A DNA stretch of 63,040 nucleotides, the filler included, from Reticulomyxa filosa (taxonomy: Eukaryota; Protista; Foraminifera): assembly GCA_000512085.1 (NCBI GenBank). It is 20 parts of 20 records of this genome, joined end to end, with 100 filler letters (N's around TTAATTAATTAA, not from the genome) between each part and the next. Parts side by side here need not be neighbours in the genome. Positions count along the whole stretch, not along the records: positions 46,371 to 52,899 come from ASPP01019745.1; positions 53,000 to 56,523 come from ASPP01009174.1; positions 56,624 to 60,430 come from ASPP01029185.1; positions 60,531 to 63,040 come from ASPP01005486.1; 16 more parts are not named here. The stretch is one strand, 5' to 3'. The notes under the pieces were generated by a model. That model saw only the letters and a list, made by a program, of their open reading frames with translations, searched no databases and was not told the DNA's origin. Positions 52,771 through 63,040 of this stretch are shown piece by piece. The position numbers were made by a program, and so were the translations under genes. Position 1 is the first letter of the stretch. Each line of letters opens with the position of its first letter.

Positions 52771-53016
52771 GTTTATAATGTATACATGTACATACATACA
52801 CATATAAACATATATGTATATGTATGTATACGTATTTTATATTATATATGTATACATATATGCATATATATATATTTTTTTTTTTTTTTTTTTTTTTTTN
52901 NNNNNNNNNNNNNNNNNNNNNNNNNNNNNNNNNNNNNNNNNNNTTAATTAATTAANNNNNNNNNNNNNNNNNNNNNNNNNNNNNNNNNNNNNNNNNNNNA
53001 AAAAAAAAAAAAGTGG

Positions 53017-53049
<33 letters not shown>

Positions 53050-53065
53050 CGTCCTGAAGATACCT

Positions 53066-54929
53066 TTGGAAGACGTGATGGATACTTGGCAGAGAGAGGA
53101 CGAGTACAAAATGGAACAAAAAACAAGTCCTAAACAACCTTTTCTGAAGGAAGAGATGCAAAGGTGGGACGAGATTGACCCCACGCAATTGCGGATATAC
53201 ATTCGGATGTTGGCAAGAAATCCGTTAGGTACAAGGACAGTAATGCCCATGACCAAATTTGTGTGCAAAGGCAGTAGATGGAAAGTAGAATACTCGCATG
53301 AATCTCCAGATGCATTGGAGGATTACGATGGAAACACTCGTAACTGCACCTGCTGTGGTTATCATTGGACTTGTGGCTCCTTCTGTAATTGGCTGAGTGG
53401 AATTCGCTCGAGATCTTTAGTTTTGTACATTTCTCTTCTTCTCTCCCTTCTCCCTTCTCCCTTCTCAGTGTGGCTCCACATTTCTAACACATTGTTATTG
53501 TTGTTTAATATAATTTAGGCTTTCATAACAGATGCAAAGACAAATGAGAAGAAGGTAATTGAAATCCAGAAACATAACGGGAAAATAATTTCCCAACAAT
53601 ATGGAGCGCTTTCAATTGACTCCATCAATCCTTTCAGCTCGAACATGCATGGAGATATACGTTTTTTATCATACACAATGGAGAGGATCGCAGCCCTAGC
53701 TGTAGCGGGGTTAACTCTCCTCATTTCAGCCATATTGAGTGGATTCAATACGATCAAAAACCAATATTATCGAAATGATACGATAGATAAAGACGAGTGC
53801 CCTGAAGGATTATGGATTTACAATATACTCCAATTCGTATCTATTCCTCTTTTCGTAGTTAGTTTCACTATTCAAGTTTTAGAGTTTAACAAAACATCTT
53901 GGTTTGGGTCAATTCTTGCTTTTATTAACCGCTTGGCCTTTGATTTTTCATCCACTGTACTTGCTTCTACGTATCTTCTGTCGGTGGTGTACGTATTATC
54001 GACAAGCAAAAAATGTGAAAATTATACATCCTTTGCTCATCTCAAAGACAAGAGAGAGCTCGTGTATGACAATATAATAGTTGGCCTCGTTGGATTTTTA
54101 TTGCTGCTTATCCCCACAGCTAGCATTGTGAATCGCTATTTGCTACACTTTTCACATACAACGTTGAATAGTGCAAAGAGAGTGTGGTCTGGGTTAACAC
54201 CAAGCGAAGAAGACTCACAACGTTTTTTTGGAAAGTTTTTTTATGATAACCAGCTCTCGAGATTGTGTTGTGTGCTTTGGATTTTATTAGTCTTTGGATC
54301 AGGTAAAGATGTTTGAACAATAAAAAAGACATGTGCATCAATCACATTGTTCAAGAAGATAAGGCGCTTACTTTGATTATTAAACCCAACACAAACAACA
54401 ACAAGATCTCATTTACAAAAAAAAAAATATTCCCTATTGAAAAAAAGATTTTTTTATTTTGTAAATAGGAGGTGTCAGCCTTGTTGCAACTTTAGTCCCT
54501 CATAATCAACATTGTAATACGTATGGATATATCTGGCACACCAATATTGCGCACATGATTCTATCCGCTGTGTTTCGTTTCGTGGTTATGTCGAAAACCT
54601 CAATCCGTCCATTCCGCAATCATCCCCATTGGTCAGCGACAAATATCTTGATCGGAATTCTCGTCATTCTGCAAGGATTTCAGTTTTCGTTAGCTGTACG
54701 AATGTTCACCGGCCGCCGTGAATGTTGGGAGGAATTAAGAATCAAGGATCCAGTACTGATTGCAGCAAACCTGTTACAAGCGCTATTGTTTGTTTTTGCC
54801 ATTATAGTGGGTGTACATGCCACTCATAAGATTTTCCACTATTGCAGAAAAATTAGTCCGAATTCAAGAATTTCGGATATTTCCTTGCATGAAAGAAGAG
54901 AGCACTTGTTATATGAAAATCGTAATTAA
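53066..54929 (+). CDS. Multi-pass membrane protein of unknown family, multi-exon
   Basis: Three co-oriented ORFs with about 7-8 hydrophobic segments, separated by GT-AG introns. Confidence 0.65.
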
Positions 54930-56623
54930 TCTCACAATTTGTACTGAAAATAGGTCTAAAATTCAACAGAGATCAAAACAACATTTGCAAAGACATGTAT
55001 CCTTTCGTTTTGAAGGATATGTGAGTTTCAAAAGTATAATTGTCAAAAATAAGACTTTTTTTGCCTGGTCAATGTCAGTGACATAATGAACGTCCTGGTG
55101 AGTGAAAGTCAAGTGTAATACGAAAGCGATGCTTTGCAAATTTCAACAAAAAAACAAACGGGTTAAATAAGTGAGCAATGATCATAAAGATTAATATTAA
55201 AGAGTATATACTGCTCAATTTTAGAAAACGAACTTTAATCTTGTTAATTGCAGCTGTCTTTGTCATTTGTGGTTTAATGCTTTATTTTTTTGTGTTAACA
55301 CTATCTTTTACTTATGTCCATAACGAAGCACCTGATTCACTTTCAAATTCAAAGTAACTCAATCACTTTTAATATTGATTTTACAGTAACTTTAATGACA
55401 TAGGCCGACTGAGCTTTTTTAGCCTTTTGTACAATTAGTTTTTTTTTTCATAGAGTAAAATTTCAGGATTTTTTGAGTCAGTAAGTTCTTTTAGCATGGA
55501 AACTTCTGGTATTTTCAAGCAATCAACAAAATAATCAATTTTAAAATTCAAAGTACGTCCACAGATGGAGAATTTCGCTTAACGTTATTTAGTTGACAAT
55601 TTTTTTTAGCAAATCAAAGAAGAATTATAGATTTTTTTAACACACTGACCTTGCTCAGAAAACACCCGTTCCTTAGGTTGTGGTGCAGAATGAAAAAATT
55701 AAACAGAAGATGATCTTGTAATTTTTATTGGTAAATGGTCATTAACTTTAATGTAATCTCAGCCGCACTAAAAAAATGTACATTTTCATTGCCTTGCAAA
55801 AAAATTTTGTAAGAAATTAACATGATCCTAATACAAAAAAAACTTGCCAATGCTTTGATTTCACAAATGTACGTAAATTACACGAACGTGGGATGCAAGT
55901 TACACCTTTGGCATCCAAAAAAAGAGGTGCTTACCATAAAGTAAAAATTCTTTAAATAGCAAATTTCTTTCTCTCAATACTCATGTGGCCGTTGGAATTT
56001 ATTTTTTCTACATGAATGAAATAACAATAAGTTATTTGCAAGAAAAATAGTCAAAATGATTTATGGGCCGAAACAGTAAAACACAGCTAAAAAATGTCCA
56101 GAATGAAATGGCAAGATAAAAGCGTACTTTGCTTACATCTGTTAAATTGACAACGAAAAAGTAAGATTGGCATACGACAAGTGTTTAGAGCGACAACAAA
56201 AGCAAAAAGGGAAAAGAGCAGCAAAAACTTTTGTAAGGATATCCTGGCCATAACAGCAAATATTGTTCACCATGAGTGAAATTGTGAGTAAAGAAAAAAA
56301 ATGGAAAAAAGGTGAACCAGTATTTATTCACCTCAAAGTTTAGTAAGTTGTTGAATATTATTTGTTTCTTCGCTCTTTGCATTGTTTGTACACGCATGCA
56401 GTTTTCAATTTCAGTGTCAACGCTCCGCTTCTTTCCCCACGAGAACGTTGTGGAGAGAGGGCGGACACTTAAAGTAGCAATGGAAGGCAAATTTTTTTTT
56501 AAAAAAAAAGTGGTTACCCCTGTNNNNNNNNNNNNNNNNNNNNNNNNNNNNNNNNNNNNNNNNNNNNTTAATTAATTAANNNNNNNNNNNNNNNNNNNNN
56601 NNNNNNNNNNNNNNNNNNNNNNN

Positions 56624-57201
56624 ATGGATATCAATTTTCTTCAGATGGAAAAATTCTTGCATCTTATTCATTTAACTCAGTATTTCGAATATGGGATGTA
56701 CAATCTGGGCAAGAGATACAACCAGTATCTAATTATAATGACATAGAACGTATTTGTTTTTCTCTCGATGATCAATATATTGCGATTGTACAAGTTGGCG
56801 TAATTGAAATATGGAATGCAGTAACTGGTAAACAGATGAGAAAATTTCAAGCGCATGCACACTATATAAATAACATACAATTCTCTCCAGATAGTCAATT
56901 ACTTGTGTCCGTGTCGTTGGATGGGACAATGCGTGTATGGGATGTAAAATCAGGAAGCGAAGTACAAACATTAGAATATGATTTCCGTATAGCAACTGAT
57001 TTAAAATTTTTTCCGGACAATAAAATCATTATAACATCTTACCTTTCGCCAATTCGATTATGGAATCTAAGACTGCAAATGGAAATACAAGAATTAAAGG
57101 GACATCAAAATGATGTAATAGCTTTGCACGTTTTACCAGATGGTAATGCATTTATTTCAGGTGATGCTAATGGAACAATTAGACTCTGGACAACTTTGTA
57201 A
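56624..57201 (+). CDS. WD40-repeat protein, 3' part
   Basis: Open frame from the contig start: QFSSDGKILAS...RIWDV, AHAHYINNIQFSPD...DGTMRVWDV and GHQNDV...GTIRLW. Confidence 0.9.
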
Positions 57202-57417
57202 AATAATCAAATGATATTTTTTGCTGTTGTATTTTGATTACCCATGTTGTTAATGTTGGTACATAATGAAATAGAGTTTAAAAAAGGGGTTGTTTTGAAT
57301 AAAATCTCATTGAAAGCAAGTCAACAGAATTTTAAAAAATAATAATCTTGTGTCTCATTTTTTGCATTATCAACAGCATTTTTAAAAAATTCCACAAACA
57401 TTACAAAACGTGAATTA

Positions 57418-59076
57418 TCAAGGATGAATATGTTCCATAAAATTGTGAAAAGCAGTGGTGGTTGTGAAACGCGAATATGAGTGTCGCATTAGCTGGAAAA
57501 GTTCTTTCAACACAGGATCAAACAAAAAAACAAAATCAGAAAGAGTCATTTGTTCAAAAGGATTGGTTTGTTGATGAAGATGGCGAGGCATATAACGAGG
57601 ATGACGAGGATGCAAAAGTTTCATAAAGTTCATACGCATGTCATAAGGAAGATTAACCTCATATTGCGCCCCTGTGACAATATACTTATCAATTAATGCG
57701 ACTGCCTTCTGTTCGTCGCTAAGTTGATCATTGTTCACAATCGAGGATTGAGGCAGCTTTGTACTTAACAGAAAGTTGTCACCAAGAGGATCCACCACGT
57801 CCATATCACTCTTTTCTTTCCATTTTTGTTTTGCCATCGCACGATATTGGCACAGTTCCAAATAACACAACAAGTTTTCCGACGCAAATTCTACGTATAC
57901 AAAATGTACATATTGGTTTGTATACGTATGAAAGTACTTATAAAACAAAACAAAAAAACCTGAAAACAAATGTTCCATAAACAAATCAAATCCTTTTGCG
58001 TCTTTCAAGACATTGGAAAGATCAGGTAAGGAAGCATCAGTAAGATGAGCAGCATGAGCAGAAGAAGAAGAAGAGGATGAAGCTAAAGTAAGACGGATTT
58101 GCCGACGAATAAAAAGACCCATAATTCGTATATTTGCTTTGTGCAAATAGGTTTCAATGGACGAGTACTGCTTGCGAAGAACCCACCACGTCGATGTCAT
58201 GACCATCGAAAACGTCATGCCAAAGCAACTCATTGTGAACACCAACGCCTGCATAAACGTGCTCATATAACGTCCAAATACGACAAATACAAAAAAGTAT
58301 ATTGCAATTCCGGTCAATCCAAACTTTAGCATTGCTATCACTTCTTCACGGATTCCAAAATAATCCTTGTACTTTGGTATCATACACGCTAATACCACTC
58401 CTAAACACACGTGTGAAATCATTGGAAGCGTTTCAAATGCATTCAGTTGTTCACCTTCTAACAAAAACGATGATCCACTTTAAAAAAAAAAAAAAAAAAT
58501 AATGCACACGCATGCATATATTTTATTACGTATACATAAATTATCCAAACACGTAATTAACATGTGAATGAAATTGATAACAAAATAGGTTGGTAGAAAA
58601 ACGTGCAAAAACATCCAAGTGGGGGATCGAAGTTTTGGAAAATAGCGAATATAACAACTGGTAATATCGTGATCAGGATCGGTAGTGGATACATACGATT
58701 TCCATTTTTCTTGGAAAGAGTACATGGTATATTTCATTTCAAATACAATCATAGCGAATCGTAGCAATGAAAGCTCAAGGAAAAGATATAGAGTCAATGG
58801 TCCTGGTCCTCGCACATATATTCCACTGAATGCATATGGATGCGTCTTCTCCCAGCCAAATCCGTAAAGAAGTAAAAATGACTGAAGCATCAGACTGTAA
58901 AGTACCCCAGACGCACTTGTACATACAAGTAATAATGGCTGTCGCTTTCGGAATGCTTCCAAATCACACACATAGTAATAGTGGTACGTGTAGTACACCA
59001 TCAACGGCAGGCACACTAGAGAAATCAAAATGCAACACGCCACGCTAATGGACAAATTGATTACGTTTAAAGACAT
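57418..59076 (-). CDS. 7TM-RGS protein (membrane domain fused to a Regulator of G-protein Signalling domain)
   Basis: Multiple N-terminal TM helices, then an RGS box: GFDLFMEHL..EFASENLLCYLE, IDKYI..GAQYEVNLP and LFD....LFQLMRHSYSRF. Confidence 0.88.
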
Positions 59077-59508
59077 TGTTTTGTGCTTATTCTCCCTGAA
59101 AAAAATATTTTCAAAAATGTTTCCAAAAAAAAAAGAAGGCGTACAGGGCAAGCTACCTTTTTTTTTTCCCTTTTAAAGAGTTCTACTGTTAAACTTAATT
59201 TGATGGACGAATAAAATTGGAGTTGTAAAAAAAAAGGATTATTCCCAGATTTCGTTACTTTTTTTTGTATTTTGCAAAATATAAAAAAAATTAGTATTTA
59301 AATGCAAACACAATGTCTTAAATAAAATCTTTTAAAAAATTCAATTATGCATGCTCTTGGAGTGACTAATTACATTTTTTAAAATCTCTTGTCAATTATA
59401 TAAAAAAGAATGAACAGCACTAGTACTCGTTACACACAGAACGAGGCTCGTTCATAAAAAAAAACAACGTAAAATCAGTAATCTTTGTGCACTCAAAACA
59501 TTTTTAAA

Positions 59509-60100
59509 ATGAAAACAATAAGCAACACAGAGGACGAAAAAAGTACCAAAAACTGGATCTTCTCCAGAGAGTTCATGTTTCAATAAAGACTAGGTACTAC
59601 AGTTGAATCAATCACCTGCCTGTTTGATTTGCAAACAAGTTGCCAACGACTCTATTGAAATTAGTTGTGTGAAGCATAACAAATTAATGAATCACTTATT
59701 GTTGGAGAGAATTTTCTGAGGCAATTCCTAAGTAGAAATCCTAATTCTATCCTGTTCAACATCACAATGATTGTGAATGTTTCAAAATCGATTAGGCCAA
59801 CTACAAATCGGTGATTTACATGTTATATGCTACGACAATCTCGACAAGATTAACAAACATCCGCTCAATGGCAATAGAAGAAGATTGAATATGTGATTTG
59901 AAAGGAAAGACAAAGAATTGCACACTTATTTGGAGAATTCATGTTGTTTGAAATTATTGGATTGTTGGTACAAACTATTTGGATGTGATCACGCCTGCCC
60001 CAAACAGAAATTGCAACATTTGATTTCAAATTTAAAATTTCATTTTGATTTAGTTGTCAAATTTGTAGATTCATTACAACAAAATATCCAAATTTATCAA
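59509..60100 (+). pseudogene. Disrupted RING-like/TRAF-type zinc-finger family gene
   Basis: Fragments SCFNKD*VLQLNQ, CLICKQVAND.IEISC, ESLIVGENFLRQFL and DCWYKLFGCDHAC...HFDLV, with stops and frameshifts. Confidence 0.7.
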
Positions 60101-60275
60101 GTTTATTTATTTATTTTTTTTGAAATTTTATTATAAAGACAAAGCACGAATAAAAATAATAAAATAGAATGAGATGACAAAAAAAAAAAAATATATATAT
60201 AATAACTCCTTTCATCATTGGCAAATGAAAGCCAAAAGTATGTGAAAAACAGCCACGCTTAGAGGAAAGGGCAAC

Positions 60276-60430
60276 ATGTCCGACTACATTCCTCAATGGC
60301 GACATGGCGGAAAAGATGAGCATTTGACATGCACAAAGAACCTGAGACTTCGAGTGCAACAAACAACGAAAGTATCTCAACACGATGAGAATCCGCGCGA
60401 AAATATTGCGAGGAAGCCTTCGGCTTCCGA
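60276..60430 (+). CDS. N-terminal fragment of a hypothetical protein
   Basis: ATG-initiated frame open to the contig end. Confidence 0.3.
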
Positions 60431-60556
60431 NNNNNNNNNNNNNNNNNNNNNNNNNNNNNNNNNNNNNNNNNNNNTTAATTAATTAANNNNNNNNNNNNNN
60501 NNNNNNNNNNNNNNNNNNNNNNNNNNNNNNCCCCTTTTTTTTTTTTTTTTTTTTTT

Positions 60557-61090
60557 TTGGACTACTCAAAGGTTGAAAAAATGGAGCAAACTGTGACGAA
60601 AGAGAAAGTTGTAAAGATCAAGCCCTACAATCCATTCGCGGCGGATATCTGGTGCTTGGGAGTATGCCTATGGCTTCTAATATTCAAAGAATACCCATTT
60701 TTAGAGACAGAGAAATGGAAGTATGACCCACTATCGGAGATTATGGTAATGGAACAAACCAAAGCAGGAAGGTACGTTACAGAGGCACCGTTGGACAAAG
60801 ATGAACTGATAAAAAATCCTCAGTACCTGAGGAATAGAATGGCACAGAGAACTTTACTTCCTATGGTCACACAAGACGCGTTTGGTTATTCAAAATTATT
60901 TTTATATTTATATATAATCTTCCTTTTTTTTTCTCCTTCCTATAATGTGCCAGTGACTCGAAATCTTGTTCAAACTTTTTATTATTATTATTATTATTGT
61001 TTTTACTTCATAGATGCTCTTGACAGAATTTTTAAACCTGAAAACGGAAGGATAACCGCAAAGGAACTAGCTGCGCACTCTTTCTGTGTA
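60557..61090 (+). CDS. Ser/Thr protein kinase, C-terminal lobe (partial)
   Basis: YNPFAADIWCLGVCLW...YPF (subdomain IX) and DALDRIFKPENGRITAKELAAHSF (subdomain XI). Confidence 0.8.
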
Positions 61091-61898
61091 TGTTTGTCCT
61101 TCCATACTTTTTTTGGTAAAAGTTGGAGTGGAGTGAGGTGAGCGCTTTGCTTTCTAATGCAAACAGAAACTGGGCAAGCAAGAAAAAATAAAGGCAAAAG
61201 AGAAGACGGACAAAAGGCCAAAAAAAGAAGAACATAGTGATGACAGCGATTACAGTGATTATTACAATAAGGACGATGACGATATGAACGACAGAGAAGA
61301 AGCAAAAGAACTTTGATCATCGGTTTTGGTTGTTTCAAACTACAACAACATATATTTTAGGCATCAATTCTTTTTCCGTTTTGTTCGTGTTTTTGTTTTT
61401 GTTTTTTAATTTGAGATTTGGCGGGCCATCTACAAAAAAAAGTGAATTTTTTTTTTGTCAATGAGTTTGGGCATTTGATTGGACTTTCTTGCAAATACGT
61501 TTGAAAAATCAGACTGATTTAATACTCCAACTAATAAAAATGTTATCCGAAAGTGAATTTTCCTCTCCCCAAAAAAAAATAAAACAAAACAAAACAGTCA
61601 ATTTGTTGGAAACCAAAAACACAATAAAAATAAAATAAGAAAAAAGCACACTAACAATGCACTCAAAAATCATGATAACATCAAACCTAGAGCATCAACG
61701 CACATGGAAAAAAAAAAAAAAAAAAAAAACCGCTAACCCATTATCTACCTATCAACCTTTTTTTTCCTTCCCTCCTCTTCCCATTAAAAAAAAAATTCCT
61801 TGCACACAATATGTAGTGCAGTCACGTAAAGCATAATATTGGATGGCACACGAAGCGGATTCATTGAGTCAATCTAAACCGAAGCGTACTTCGGTTAA

Positions 61899-63040
61899 TC
61901 AATTTGGACAAGGATCTATCGTCGAGAGATGGAGGTCCAATGGCCAACGCCCTTTTTCATCCGGACGAGCAAAGCCGATGACAACGACAGAGACATTATC
62001 ATTTGTTTGTAAGTTGGTGGAATGGATCTGAGCGTTTTTGATCAAGAAATGGGCAGCCTCACTGCAATTGGGATTTCTGCGCAGTACCCGTCGACAACAA
62101 GAGACGGCCGTCTCCTCCTTCAAAGCGTCCCAAAGACCGTCTGTGGCAACAATCAAAAACTCGTCACACTCTGTCAGCGTCACTTTGGAAACGTGTGGGA
62201 ACGCAGTCAATCCTTTGATTTTTTCGGTGCATCCATTATTCGAGTTTTGTTGAAAATCGCCAATCGAGCGTGTCACTTCGATTTGGCCATTGACATAGCC
62301 GTCACAGCTAAAGTTGGCACCTGCCTTTTGCACTCGTTCGAACTCACATTCGCTTTATATATATGTTACATATGTACATATATAAAGTACTTATGGCATT
62401 TTTTTAAAAAAAATTCAATTTCTCCAAAAAAAAAAAAAAAAACAACTTGGTGTATTTATGAATTTGTGTCAAACGATGACATTGAGCTTTTCCAAACTCG
62501 CTTCGACACAAAACCGCTCTCGAATCGCCGACATTGGCGACGTATAAATCGTTGCCATTGAGCAACACAAGCACGCCAGCTGCGCCCGCAGAGCAGTGGA
62601 TTTGACTGGCCGTTTGATTAAACTGCTCTTCGCACTGCAAAAATCCTTGCACAAGGGCGTCGCAAATGTAGTCCCATTCGGCCAATTCCACATGGCTATC
62701 CCATGGTAATGTCGGCATCGTTAGTGTGGGCATAGTTGCTGCAGCTGCAGTTGCAGATGTCGATGTTGTGTTTAATGACGTATTCACGACAGCAACATTC
62801 TGATTGGATCGATCAGAAGACATCAAAGGAATAGATGTCGTTGTTGTTGCTGTTGTTGCTGCTGTAATGGGAGATCGTAATGGCGATGATTCAATCTCTT
62901 TGCGACATGGATTACGTGGATCCATGGCGATGCGTTGCGCCACAAGGGCCGGCAGCTCTTGCGTGCAAAATTTGGCTGCGACATCCCCGCCATGACCGTC
63001 AAACACTGCGCATCCGAACATGTGTGATGACCACAAGTGT
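61899..63040 (-). CDS. Protein phosphatase 2C (PPM family), 5'-truncated
   Basis: VFDGHGG, YVANVGDSRAVL, TRSIGD, LIVATDGLWD and NDNVSVVVI; an intron near 62355-62447 joins the two ORFs. Confidence 0.95.

Overview
This is not one locus. It is about 20 unrelated draft contigs joined by 19 identical artificial 100-nt spacers (N44-TTAATTAATTAA-N44), so neighbourhood across a spacer means nothing. Nineteen contigs are AT-rich, intron-containing eukaryotic DNA. The WD40, Kelch-like and TRAF-zinc-finger families match, from my recall rather than any search, the expanded families of the foraminiferan Reticulomyxa filosa. One contig (8431-9663) is GC-rich bacterial DNA carrying an ABC exporter and ycaQ. 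Recognisable eukaryotic genes are: universal stress protein, ALDH3-like dehydrogenase, VAMP7-like R-SNARE, two Ser/Thr kinases, DIM1, two C2H2 zinc-finger proteins, an F-box/LRR protein, a chromodomain protein, a 7TM protein, WD40 and Kelch-like propellers, a PH-domain protein, an OAS-like nucleotidyltransferase C-terminus, a RasGAP, an SCI1-like protein, a 7TM-RGS and a PP2C. Features not visible in the ORF track are: a complete decayed Tc1-type transposon (37553-38659) with long TIRs that recur four more times, a LINE RT relic, an LTR-like dispersed repeat and several pseudogene fragments. Many introns also end in a poly-A run directly before the AG acceptor, often paired with a poly-T run upstream. 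All assignments are by-eye motif recognition; no database search was run.
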